Assembly: GCA_964566055.1 (NCBI GenBank) | Contig: CAZMHI010000004.1 | Coordinates: 20,053-84,052 of the forward strand | Length of the DNA: 64,000 nucleotides | Reading direction: 5' to 3' | Source: an uncultured Rhodospirillaceae bacterium | GTDB taxonomy: Bacteria; Pseudomonadota; Alphaproteobacteria; Rhodospirillales; UBA2165 | Shown: one piece after another, positions 42,584 to 51,670 of the stretch | How positions within the stretch are numbered: position 1 is the first letter of the stretch | Layout of the letters: every line of letters starts with the position of its first letter | Notes under the pieces: model-generated | What the model was told of the DNA's origin: nothing | Seen by the model: only the letters and a program-made list of their open reading frames with translations | The model's database searches: none | Translations under genes and position numbers: made by a program

Positions 42584-43429
42584 GTGATGCCGGATGCCGA
42601 TAAGCTTGCAGGTGATTTTAAAGACCAGGATATTGCACAGAAATACATTGTGCCGGGATTGCAGCGTGGCTTGCAAATCCTTCAAGCTTTTAACCGCGAC
42701 CGCCCCAATATTGGCGCCCCGGAGATAGCCAAAGAGCTGGGAATTCCACGTTCGACGGTATTTAGGTTGATGCAGACTCTCGAATTTATGGGATTTTTGG
42801 AGAAGCTTGAGAATTCCAGCGAATATCGCTTGGGCGTCGGTGTCTTGTCTTTGGGCTTTGAATATTTTGCCTCGCTTGAGGTGACAGAATTAGCGCGTCC
42901 GATCTTGGAAAAGCTGCGCGATGATACTGGATTTTCGGCGCATTTGGTTATTCGCGATGGTTGGGATGTGGTTTTTATCTTAAAAGCCGCTGCCAAGGAC
43001 ACCTTTTCGAATTCGGTCAATGTCGGCTTACGGTTGCCCGCGCATAGTTCGATTCTCGGGCGGATGTTGCTGGCTGATTTATCGGATGCTGAACTTAAGC
43101 AGGTATTCCCTGTAGGTGAGCTTACAAAGTTTTCAGATCAAACGCCGACAACTTTGGCCGAGATGACCAAGTTGCTTCAAGAAGACCGCAAAAATGGTTA
43201 CGCCGTAGGTGCGTCCTATTTTCAAAGTGGCATCGGCTCAATTTCTGCTCAGGTACGGGATAACTCCCGCCGAGTGGTCGCCGCTATTAACGTGATTTAT
43301 CACGACAGCACGGTCAAAAAATCAGATGCCGAAGGAAAATACTTGGATCGAGTCCTACAAGCTGCGCATGAGATATCCCGGCTGTTGGATTACCATCCCG
43401 GTGGTATGGAAGGGAGTGGCCGCGGCTAA
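42584..43429 (+). CDS. IclR-family transcriptional regulator (second)
   Basis: 281 aa. wHTH region LQRGLQILQAFNRDRPNIGAPEIAKELGIPRSTVFRLMQTLEFMGFL plus an IclR effector domain. RBS GAGGAGG. Confidence 0.85.
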   Translation: MMPDADKLAGDFKDQDIAQKYIVPGLQRGLQILQAFNRDRPNIGAPEIAKELGIPRSTVFRLMQTLEFMGFLEKLENSSEYRLGVGVLSLGFEYFASLEVTELARPILEKLRDDTGFSAHLVIRDGWDVVFILKAAAKDTFSNSVNVGLRLPAHSSILGRMLLADLSDAELKQVFPVGELTKFSDQTPTTLAEMTKLLQEDRKNGYAVGASYFQSGIGSISAQVRDNSRRVVAAINVIYHDSTVKKSDAEGKYLDRVLQAAHEISRLLDYHPGGMEGSGRG

Positions 43430-43431
43430 TG

Positions 43432-44100
43432 CTATTGGGCATCTGCTCCAGCTGTCGGTAGGCCAGCCGCTTTCCATTCAGGCAGGCCTTCGTCCAACCG
43501 GCGGGCGTTGAACCCCTGAGTACGCAGCGCCGCCACGGCTTCAAACGACAGCACGCAATAGGCGCTCCGGCAGTAGGCGACGACTTCTTTGTCTGGATCG
43601 AGATCACCCAGCCGGGTTTCTAAATCATTGAGCGGAATATTGACCGCACCGGCAAGATGCCCTTGGGCAAATTCATCAGGAGGCCGGACGTCCAGCACAG
43701 TGACCATGCCGGCACGCGTGCGTTCGAGAAGCTCATCCCGAGAGACCGGCTCCATATCATCGCGATCATCGAAATAGCCGTGCACAATGCGATCCACCTC
43801 GGCAATGTTGCGTTCCGCCACTATCCTGAGAGTGTTTAATAATTCCAGGACAGAATCATCAGAGAGCCGGTACAGGATGAATTTGCCTTCGCGCCGCGAA
43901 GTTACCAGCCCAGCCCGCCGCAGATGCTGTAAATGCTGTGACGTATTGGCGATTGAGAGATCGATAGTGGAGGCCAAGGCATCAACGCCGCGTTCTCCCT
44001 GAGCTAAATGTTCTAGAATTTCCAATCTATTGGCATGTCCAACGGCGCGGGCGACGGTAGCGAATTCTTCAAACAATGCCTGTTTCGGACCTCTTGACAT
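43432..44100 (-). CDS. ArsR/SmtB-family regulator fused to a rhodanese domain
   Basis: I prefer ATG 44100 (MSRGPKQALFEEF...). The ArsR HTH reads HANRLEILEHLAQGERGVDALAS...ANTSQHLQHLRRAGLV. The C-terminal rhodanese carries the loop VVAYCRSAYC. Confidence 0.8.
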   Translation of the reverse strand: MSRGPKQALFEEFATVARAVGHANRLEILEHLAQGERGVDALASTIDLSIANTSQHLQHLRRAGLVTSRREGKFILYRLSDDSVLELLNTLRIVAERNIAEVDRIVHGYFDDRDDMEPVSRDELLERTRAGMVTVLDVRPPDEFAQGHLAGAVNIPLNDLETRLGDLDPDKEVVAYCRSAYCVLSFEAVAALRTQGFNARRLDEGLPEWKAAGLPTAGADAQ

Positions 44101-44182
44101 TTTGAACTCCATTAGATATAACATTCAATTGAATGATTGAATAATAAAGATAAAGGGCGCCCAGCGCAAGGAAAAAATACAA

Positions 44183-45028
44183 TTGTCTGAATTTTTATTG
44201 ACCAACGAACCAATAATCAGACTATCGGCTTTTCTCGGTATTCTTGTTGTTATGATGATCTGGGAAGTGGCGTCGCCCTGCCGCAGACTTGAAATTCCTA
44301 GGCTTATTCGCTGGTCAAATAATCTCGGTATCGTTGCCGTTAATACAATTGTGGTGCGTCTTACATTTCCCATTGTTGCCGTTGGGCTAGCCCTTCATGC
44401 GGAAAGCCAGAATTGGGGATTGTTCAATTTAATTGAACTGCCAATGTGGCTGGCAATTGTCATTTCCGTAGTGCTGCTTGATCTGGTGATTTATTTGCAG
44501 CATGTGATGGTTCATGCCATTCCCATATTGTGGCGGCTGCATCGCCTGCACCATGCTGATTTAGACTACGACGTCACCACTGGATTGCGCTTTCACCCTT
44601 TTGAAATAATTTTATCGATGGCGATTAAGCTGGTCGTCATTTTCGCGCTCGGACCGCCCGCAGCAGCGGTTTTAATCTTTGAAGTTCTCTTGAACGGTAC
44701 GGCCATGTTCAATCATGGTAATGTCCGGTTACCTTTAGTATTAGACAAGGTGTTGCGTTGGATCGTTGTGACGCCGGATATGCACCGCGTTCACCACTCC
44801 GTCAGGCCCGAGGAAGCCAACAGTAATTTCGGCTTCAACTTGCCGTGGTGGGATCGCTTACTCGGGACCTATCGCGAGCAGCCCCAGGATGGTCACGCCG
44901 AAATGACCATCGGTATTGAGCAATTTCGGAACCCGCGCGATCTCTGGCTGGATCGATTGCTGGTGCAGCCGTGGCTGGGACCCGCCGGCGGTTATCCAAT
45001 TAACCGGCAAAGGGACATCAGTGAATGA
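44183..45028 (+). CDS. Fatty acid hydroxylase / sterol desaturase-family membrane di-iron enzyme
   Basis: 281 aa. It is hydrophobic at the N-terminus and has His boxes HVMVH, HRLHHAD and HRVHH. Confidence 0.8.
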   Translation: MSEFLLTNEPIIRLSAFLGILVVMMIWEVASPCRRLEIPRLIRWSNNLGIVAVNTIVVRLTFPIVAVGLALHAESQNWGLFNLIELPMWLAIVISVVLLDLVIYLQHVMVHAIPILWRLHRLHHADLDYDVTTGLRFHPFEIILSMAIKLVVIFALGPPAAAVLIFEVLLNGTAMFNHGNVRLPLVLDKVLRWIVVTPDMHRVHHSVRPEEANSNFGFNLPWWDRLLGTYREQPQDGHAEMTIGIEQFRNPRDLWLDRLLVQPWLGPAGGYPINRQRDISE

Positions 45029-45699
45029 AAATGTCACGAATTATCCCTCGTCTGATTCTGCTTACCGGTATTGTGGCAGCGATTATCTGGGTTGGCCGGA
45101 ATTTTGATCAGCTGGATTCTGCAGCGCTTGATGTCTGGCTTTCGGAGTTTGGGATTTGGGCGCCGCTCGCTTTTATAGTTCTTTATATAATTGCCACAGT
45201 TATTTTTATGCCGGGGTCACTGTTTGCGCTCGCCGCCGGGGCTTTGTTCGGCCCAATTTGGGGCTCCCTGTTAAGTTTATTGGGCGCGACCTTGGGGGCC
45301 GGCATGGCGTTTGTGATCGCCCGCTACTTTGCCGGTGATTGGGTCGCCCGAAAAACCGGCGGTGGGTTAAAAAAATTTATCGAGGGCGTTGAGGCTGAAA
45401 ACTGGCGCTTCGTTGCCTTTGTGCGCCTGGTGCCGTTATTCCCGTTTAATTTAACCAATTATGCGCTGGGCCTTACGCGCATAAAATTAGTGCCTTATGT
45501 TATCACCTCTTTCATTTGCATGGCACCCGGTGGCGTGGCCTACACTTGGCTAGGTCATGCAGGACGCGAAGCCTTTGACGGCAATATTGCTGCTATTCAA
45601 TGGGGCATATTGGCTCTGGCCTTACTCGCCGCAATTGCCTTTTTGCCGCGCCTCGTGCGCCGCCTGAAAGAAAATGGCGCGCCTCAACTTTCTGCTTAG
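45025..45699 (+). CDS. TVP38/TMEM64 (DedA/VTT-domain) family membrane protein
   Basis: 224 aa and multi-TM. The motifs FMPGSLFALAAGALFG and VRLVPLFPFNLTNYALGLT are typical of the VTT domain. It overlaps the upstream gene via ATGA. Confidence 0.75.
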   Translation: MKMSRIIPRLILLTGIVAAIIWVGRNFDQLDSAALDVWLSEFGIWAPLAFIVLYIIATVIFMPGSLFALAAGALFGPIWGSLLSLLGATLGAGMAFVIARYFAGDWVARKTGGGLKKFIEGVEAENWRFVAFVRLVPLFPFNLTNYALGLTRIKLVPYVITSFICMAPGGVAYTWLGHAGREAFDGNIAAIQWGILALALLAAIAFLPRLVRRLKENGAPQLSA

Positions 45700-47990
45700 T
45701 TCTGCTTTGTTGCTTGTATCACCTGCCAGATAGACTCGGCTGTTGCAGGAGTATCGATATGATGGATACCTAACGGTGAGAGCGCATCAACCAAAGCATT
45801 GACGATGGTGGCAACGGCGCAGCCGGTGCCGATCTCACCCGCACCCTTGACGCCGAGCGGATTAACTTCGGTCGAGCTTGGATTGTCATAAGTTTCAATA
45901 AAGCACATATCTTTGGCTTTGGGCATGGCGTAATCCATGTAGGAGCCGGATAACAGTTGGCCGGTCTCAGCATCGTAGGCGATATTTTCGGATAAGACCT
46001 GCCCCAGCGCCTGGACAATGCCGCCTTTGACCTGGCCTTCAACTTGAGTAGGGTTAATCGACTTGCCGACATCGGTAACGGCAATATAGCGTTTAATCTC
46101 AACGCCACCGGTATCCGGGTCAACCTCAAGCTCGCAGATATGACAACCCGAAGGGAAGGTCGGCGCGCTGGTTTTGTGAGTGCCGACAACCGTCAGGTCG
46201 TTTTCTTTGGCCAATTCGGCGAAGGTGATGGCGCGATCCGTACCGGCGACAGTAAAGGTTTGATCAGCAAAATCGATATCGGCTTCAGCTGCTTCCAAAT
46301 GTTCGGCGGCGAGCTCTTTGCCTTTCTCAATGATCATACCGGTGGTTACAAATACAGCTGAGCCGCCTATACCTGATACTTTTGAGCCACCTGCACCAAA
46401 GCCTTTTTCCAACGTGCTGGTGTCACCTTCGACGATCTGTACTTGATCTGGGCTCATCCCCAATTTCTCACAGATGATTTGGGTGTACATGGTGGCGTGG
46501 CCCTGGCCTTGATCCGTGGAGCCTGCGTAGAGCAGGGCGTTGCCATCCGCATCAATGCCGAGTTTGGCAAATTCCTGGCCGGGTGGCGCTGAGCTCTCTA
46601 CATTGTTGCCCATGCCGAGGCCGAGCATTTTTCCCCGCTCTTGAGCTTCCTTGCGCCGCGCCGCGAAGCCGTCGTATTCAGCTTTAGTCAATGCCACTTC
46701 TTGGTTTTTCGGGAAATGTCCGGAATCATAAGGCGGGCCAAGGGCCGGTTTAAACGGCATCATGTCTTCGGCAATGAGATTGCGGCGGCGAAGTTCTGCC
46801 GGGTCAATGTCCAATTCCCGGGCCGCGATATCAATGATGCGCTCGATGACGTAGCCTGCATCGGGCCGGCCCGAGCCGCGATAGGGCGACATTGGGTTTG
46901 AATTCGAAAACACTGCTGTGGCGTGATAGTGAATGGCCGGTGTTTTATAGGCGCCGGCGAGGCCGCTGGTCGACATAATGATCGGGAAGGTCGACGTGGT
47001 TGAATAATAAGCGCCCGTGTTGGCTATCGAATGAACTCTAAGCGCCAGAAAATTAAAATTGTCATCCAAGGCGAGCTCTGCCTCGATGATTTTATCACGG
47101 GCATGATTGTCGCTGACAAAGGCTTCCGAGCGGTCGCTGATCCATTTTACCGGCCGCCCATGTTTTTGTGAGGCCCAAACGGCGAGCGGCGTTTCGGAAT
47201 ACATTGAGCCCTTCATACCGAAGCTGCCACCGATATCGCCGGTAACCACCCGGAAATTCTCTTCTGGCTGATTGAAAAATTTATTGGCGAGAATCCCACG
47301 AGAACCAAAGGCAGCTTGAGTTGGCAAATGAACGGTGGTGAATTTGGTTTCAGGATTATAGTCGGCGACGACTCCCCTTGTTTCAATTGTGCTTGCGGTT
47401 AAGCGGTTGATGCGAATTTGATGTTTGACGATATGAGTCGCTGCAGCAAAGGCTTGGTCGGTGGCCTCGATATCCCCCTGATGATACTCGTAGGCAATAT
47501 TATTAGGACAGTCATCCCGGACCAGCGGCGCACCATCAGATATTGCTTGGGCCGGGCCAACCACAGCTGGCAGTATTTTATACTCAACATTTATTAACTC
47601 GGCGGCATCCTGGGCCTGTGTCTTGCTTTCAGCGACAATGAAGGCGACGCCATCGCCGACATAGCGGACCCGCTCGGCGGCCAGGGGATAATGTTTGGCT
47701 GGATAAATTTTCTCCGGATCAAAGGTCGGCAGGGTAGCCAAATTATGCGGCATTTCGCCGAGCCCAGCAGCCAGATAATCAGCGCCGGTGAACACATCGA
47801 CCACACCCGGTGCAGCTTTGGCAGTGCCAACATCAATTGTTACTATCTCAGCATGCGCGTGCGGTGAGCGCAGCATGTGGCCATAGAGCTGATTGGGCAG
47901 GATATTATCATCAATAAACTGGCCATTACCCTTGAGTAAGCGCGGGTCTTCGGTCCGGACTACGGGTGAATTGGGGCTGAATTTATTCAT
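45696..47990 (-). CDS. Xanthine-dehydrogenase-family molybdopterin-binding large subunit (CoxL-like, orphan: no adjacent FeS or FAD subunit genes)
   Basis: 764 aa. VVRTEDPRLLKGNGQFIDD...LYGHMLRSPHAHAEI, a GGSFG motif, and YRGSGRP in place of the CODH active-site loop. Confidence 0.85.
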   Translation of the reverse strand: MNKFSPNSPVVRTEDPRLLKGNGQFIDDNILPNQLYGHMLRSPHAHAEIVTIDVGTAKAAPGVVDVFTGADYLAAGLGEMPHNLATLPTFDPEKIYPAKHYPLAAERVRYVGDGVAFIVAESKTQAQDAAELINVEYKILPAVVGPAQAISDGAPLVRDDCPNNIAYEYHQGDIEATDQAFAAATHIVKHQIRINRLTASTIETRGVVADYNPETKFTTVHLPTQAAFGSRGILANKFFNQPEENFRVVTGDIGGSFGMKGSMYSETPLAVWASQKHGRPVKWISDRSEAFVSDNHARDKIIEAELALDDNFNFLALRVHSIANTGAYYSTTSTFPIIMSTSGLAGAYKTPAIHYHATAVFSNSNPMSPYRGSGRPDAGYVIERIIDIAARELDIDPAELRRRNLIAEDMMPFKPALGPPYDSGHFPKNQEVALTKAEYDGFAARRKEAQERGKMLGLGMGNNVESSAPPGQEFAKLGIDADGNALLYAGSTDQGQGHATMYTQIICEKLGMSPDQVQIVEGDTSTLEKGFGAGGSKVSGIGGSAVFVTTGMIIEKGKELAAEHLEAAEADIDFADQTFTVAGTDRAITFAELAKENDLTVVGTHKTSAPTFPSGCHICELEVDPDTGGVEIKRYIAVTDVGKSINPTQVEGQVKGGIVQALGQVLSENIAYDAETGQLLSGSYMDYAMPKAKDMCFIETYDNPSSTEVNPLGVKGAGEIGTGCAVATIVNALVDALSPLGIHHIDTPATAESIWQVIQATKQN

Positions 47991-48134
47991 GCATTGCTAC
48001 CCTGAAAGTATAATTATTTTCGCTACTGTAGAGAGCAAATTCGGGACCTGCAAGCGATCTCAGAGCGGCTGTTAAGGGGGTGTTATTGCGGCGAATTACG
48101 GTTATAGATAGCGCTAATTTTAAGGAGTTTTCTG

Positions 48135-48347
48135 GTGGGTAAAATTTTCGTGCCATTGTTTGTCATCGTGTTGATTGCGGTTTCTTTCTGGATGTTCCGC
48201 TACCAATATTTCGACAAGGAATTTGAGGGGCGAAAATATACCACCCGCCGTCATATCGTTACCGGTGAAGAGTGTTACTTTGTCGGCGAATTCAAGCGTT
48301 CTGAAATTAAACGTTTGAACCTCGTGCATTGTGCGATGGCGGAGTAG
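48135..48347 (+). CDS. Hypothetical small membrane protein
   Basis: 70 aa with a GTG start 6 nt after a strong AAGGAG RBS. One N-terminal TM segment (IFVPLFVIVLIAVSFWMF). I recognise no family. Confidence 0.3.
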   Translation: MGKIFVPLFVIVLIAVSFWMFRYQYFDKEFEGRKYTTRRHIVTGEECYFVGEFKRSEIKRLNLVHCAMAE

Positions 48348-48351
48348 AGAT

Positions 48352-49653
48352 TTATCCCCGCTCAAACAGCGCAACCAATTCGACATGCGCGGAATATTTA
48401 AATTGATCGACCGGCGTGACGCATTTCAGCTCATAGCCGCCTCCGACCAGTGTTGCAGCGTCTCTCGCAAAACTCACCGGATCACAGGATACAGCGACGA
48501 CGGATTTGACACTTGAGGCAGCAAGCTGTTCGGCTTGCACTTTGGCGCCGGCACGCGGTGGATCAAACAGCACGGCCTCAAATTTATTAAGTTCGGCTGG
48601 CATGAGCGGCCTTTCAAATAGATCTCGCTCGACGGCTTCAACAGGTTTCAGATTTTGGGCGTTGTTGGCCGCATGAGTCAAAGCGGCGATGCTGGGTGCA
48701 TCATTGTCGGCGGCAAAAACCGCGGCAAATTCAGCAAGCCGAAGCGCGAAGGGTCCAACACCGCAAAAGAGATCGGCGATTTTGAGGGCTTCTTCGAGAT
48801 GTTCCAGTACTAGATTGGTGAGTATTTCCTCTCCGGCCTGAGTTGCTTGCAAAAAACAGGCGGGTGGTAAAATTAGCTTGGTGTCACCGATTTCGATACT
48901 CGGCGATTGGCGTTCAATAATTGTTTCACCATCAAAGGTGATGCGGGCCAGGTTATGCTCATTTGCTAACTCGGTGATCTCGGTAAAAATTTCAGCACCG
49001 TCTATGGCCGCGCCGCGAATATTGCAGTCGAGCCCGTTATCGGTGGTTGTAAATTGAATATCCAGAGGTTTGGAGCGCGTCGGCACCAAATTGGCCAATG
49101 CGCGGGCGATGTCCAAACCTGAAGTGAGTTTAGGCTCCAGAATAGGACATGCATCGAGGTCGAGAATGCGGTGGCTGCGGGCTTTCATAAAACCCGCGTT
49201 GATTTCATTTTTTTCTCGTTTGGCATGGAACGTCACCCGGCGGCGGCCTTCGCCATGGCTATCGATCAGCGGATCGATTTCAGGTGCAAGGCCCTTATGG
49301 GAAAGGGCGGTTTCGACAATCCCGCGTTTCCAATCTTGGTAGAGGGCAGGGGAGACATGCTGCAACGCACAACCGCCACAAATGCCAAAATGGGGACAGA
49401 TCGGTTCGACCCGATCCGCCGAGGCGGTTTTGATGGTTAGAATTTGGGAACGGTTGCCAGTGCGCTCAATATCGACGATTTCACCAGCCAGCGAAAAGGG
49501 CACGAAGCAGGTCTCGCCATTTGCCAGGGTGGCAATGCCATCACCACGCCGGCCAAGCTCGGTAATCTCAACCGTTTCCTGAATTTTTTCCGGGGCAGTG
49601 TAGTTCTGCGGCCGGGCTTTGCGACGAGGTTTACGATGGCGCGCCATCAGCAC
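48352..49653 (-). CDS. TRAM-domain, Fe-S-containing RNA (uracil-5)-methyltransferase (RlmD/RumA/TrmA family)
   Basis: 433 aa. It has a TRAM region (ELGRRGDGIA...FVPFSLAGE), a Cys cluster (CPHFGICGGCALQH) and a SAM motif (DLFCGVGPF). Confidence 0.8.
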   Translation of the reverse strand: MLMARHRKPRRKARPQNYTAPEKIQETVEITELGRRGDGIATLANGETCFVPFSLAGEIVDIERTGNRSQILTIKTASADRVEPICPHFGICGGCALQHVSPALYQDWKRGIVETALSHKGLAPEIDPLIDSHGEGRRRVTFHAKREKNEINAGFMKARSHRILDLDACPILEPKLTSGLDIARALANLVPTRSKPLDIQFTTTDNGLDCNIRGAAIDGAEIFTEITELANEHNLARITFDGETIIERQSPSIEIGDTKLILPPACFLQATQAGEEILTNLVLEHLEEALKIADLFCGVGPFALRLAEFAAVFAADNDAPSIAALTHAANNAQNLKPVEAVERDLFERPLMPAELNKFEAVLFDPPRAGAKVQAEQLAASSVKSVVAVSCDPVSFARDAATLVGGGYELKCVTPVDQFKYSAHVELVALFERG

Positions 49654-49656
49654 TCC

Positions 49657-50163
49657 TTATTTCGGCATGTTTTGTTTTAGGGGCAGAATATGCCATTCAA
49701 CTTCGGGTTCGATCCCGGCATCATCCAGTAAGGCGCCAATCGGGCAACGATCAATTGAAAGCTGTTTAAGACGTTCGACCTTGGTATCAGGCTCGTCGGT
49801 TTCGATGCTGATGATCATTTTTGCTCCAACAAAACGCAAAATCTTACTATCAGCTTCACGTCCTTCGCCCATACCAGAATCAATGATCGCATCAATTTTA
49901 ATTTCACCATACTTAAGCCGCATCGCTTCAGCGACCTTGACGACTTGCACGGTTTGACAGGAGGCGAGGGCAGCGGAGAAATGGAGGAGGGGAGATGCCC
50001 CGTCATCCTTGCCGCCGCGTTCCGGCGGCTCATCAATGATGATGGCATGATTGTCCATTTGAATATCACATCTGACAGTGCCAGCTGCTGTAACGGAGCG
50101 CGCCGTCCTGGTGCGCGGTTCTGGTTTTTCTTTGAGTTTGATGGCGCTCATTCTGTTCCCCAA
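49657..50163 (-). CDS. OsmC/Ohr-family protein
   Basis: 168 aa. DEPPERGGKDDGASPLLHFSAALASCQ and the C-terminal ...SIDRCPIGALL are OsmC-like. Confidence 0.7.
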   Translation of the reverse strand: MGNRMSAIKLKEKPEPRTRTARSVTAAGTVRCDIQMDNHAIIIDEPPERGGKDDGASPLLHFSAALASCQTVQVVKVAEAMRLKYGEIKIDAIIDSGMGEGREADSKILRFVGAKMIISIETDEPDTKVERLKQLSIDRCPIGALLDDAGIEPEVEWHILPLKQNMPK

Positions 50164-50252
50164 TAATTTTAGTGTGCGTGAAGCCCGGCATTTTAGGTTT
50201 CATCACCCCGATAGCAAACGTTTACAATTATCATTGACTCATTTTTTAAAAA

Positions 50253-50271
50253 TAGCTAAGTTACTTAGCTA
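50253..50271. promoter_or_regulatory. Perfect 19-bp palindrome, candidate MarR operator
   Basis: TAGCTAAGT-T-ACTTAGCTA. It ends 16 bp upstream of the UbiD-2 start (50288). A MarR gene closes the same operon. Confidence 0.45.
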
Positions 50272-50287
50272 AATAAGGGAGGGTAGA

Positions 50288-51658
50288 ATGGCGAAGAACC
50301 AACTTGATCCCGATCTCAGGGGCTATCTGGAAACCAATAAGGATATTCTGACGGTTATTGAAAAGCCGGTGAGCATCAATGATATCGGTGCGCTGTCGGC
50401 GCAAAGCGACGGTCCAATCCTGTTTGAGAATATAAAGGAACATCCGGGCTTTAGATTGTGCGATATGCTGGTGCGTCACCGCTGGTCGCAATGCCGGGCA
50501 TTAGGTGTTGAAGAAAAGGACTATCTGCCGACATTAGCACAGCGCTTGCGCAAACCGCCGCGGGGTTTAGTTGATGTTGAGACCGGCCCGGTTAAAGAAG
50601 TGATCTGGACTGGCAAAGAGGCAGACTGGCTCAAATTGCCGATTCCCATTCATTCTGAGCAGGAAGACAAGCCCTATGTCACGGCGATGAATATCGTCAA
50701 AGACCCAGAGACCAGCTTTTATAATTCATCCCATGCCGGCACTCAGGCGGTCGGCCCTCAAAAAGGGTTGGTGAGTTTTATCACGCCCCATACCCACGCC
50801 ATTATCCAAAAATATTTGGCCCGGGGTGAAAAAGAAATGCCGATTGCGGTGGTGTTTGGCATCCCGCCCGCATTTGAAATTATGGGTAATTTTTCCGGCC
50901 TTCATATGGATTTGTGGGGTGAGATGGAAATGGTTGGCACGATCATGGATATGGATATTGAAATGGTGCCCTGTGAAACCATTCCGCTGACCGTGCCGGC
51001 TCATGCCGAAATTATCGTGGAGGCGGTGGTCGACCTAGAAAGCCAGACTGATATTGGTGTTGGTGTCTCACCTTCAATGTATTATCTGCCGAAGACTGCG
51101 ACTTTGCCGGATATGCATATTAAGGCGATTACCATGCGGGAAGACCGGCCGATCTATCGCAATCATCTTACGACGCCGGATACAGATCATCAGACCCTGC
51201 CGCGCTTGTGTCACGAAGCCGTGCTTTTTAACCGGCTCACAGAGATTGGTGTCAAAGTCCACGATGTACAGTTCCCAACCTGGGGAGCCGCACTTTCCTG
51301 TATAATCCAGCTTGAGGCGCCTCGGGAAGGCTTTATCAACGACGCGTTATTACAAGCGATGGGATCACCCTGGCTCAACACCAAAATGGTCGTTGCCGTC
51401 AGCCCGGACACCGATATTTCAAATGCGCAAGAAGTTTATCATGCCATAGCGACGCGCTGCGATCCGTCCCGGGACATAATTATTGCTGACAATACGAGGG
51501 GCTCACCGTTCGATCCATCGGGTGAGCCAATCGATGCATTTTGGCGGACGGTCGGCAAGATCGGTATTGATGCCACCGCCAAATCACGGAATTTAGCCGA
51601 TCATGAACGCGCCTGGCCTTTGAATTGGGGCAAGGTCAAACTCGAAGACTATTTATAA
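50288..51658 (+). CDS. UbiD-family (de)carboxylase, second copy
   Basis: 456 aa. It has a UbiD-like N-terminus (DLRGYLETNKDILTVIEKPVSINDIGAL) and UbiD-like overall length. RBS AGGGAGGG. Confidence 0.8.
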   Translation: MAKNQLDPDLRGYLETNKDILTVIEKPVSINDIGALSAQSDGPILFENIKEHPGFRLCDMLVRHRWSQCRALGVEEKDYLPTLAQRLRKPPRGLVDVETGPVKEVIWTGKEADWLKLPIPIHSEQEDKPYVTAMNIVKDPETSFYNSSHAGTQAVGPQKGLVSFITPHTHAIIQKYLARGEKEMPIAVVFGIPPAFEIMGNFSGLHMDLWGEMEMVGTIMDMDIEMVPCETIPLTVPAHAEIIVEAVVDLESQTDIGVGVSPSMYYLPKTATLPDMHIKAITMREDRPIYRNHLTTPDTDHQTLPRLCHEAVLFNRLTEIGVKVHDVQFPTWGAALSCIIQLEAPREGFINDALLQAMGSPWLNTKMVVAVSPDTDISNAQEVYHAIATRCDPSRDIIIADNTRGSPFDPSGEPIDAFWRTVGKIGIDATAKSRNLADHERAWPLNWGKVKLEDYL

Positions 51659-51670
51659 GGAGGAAGTCAT

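Noticed and set aside
45696-47990. The orphan CoxL-like gene as a genuine aerobic CO dehydrogenase large subunit.
   Set aside because: The active-site loop reads ...YRGSGRP... rather than the Cys-containing CODH signature (VAYRCSFR type). No coxM, coxS or accessory genes are nearby.
14199-47990. Linking SelD to the three XDH-family enzymes as selenium-dependent molybdenum hydroxylases (the labile-Se cofactor trait).
   Set aside because: No yqeB- or yqeC-type accessory genes are visible in the window. SelD is already explained by the Sec-decoding trait, with three UGA genes. This remains untestable from the sequence alone.
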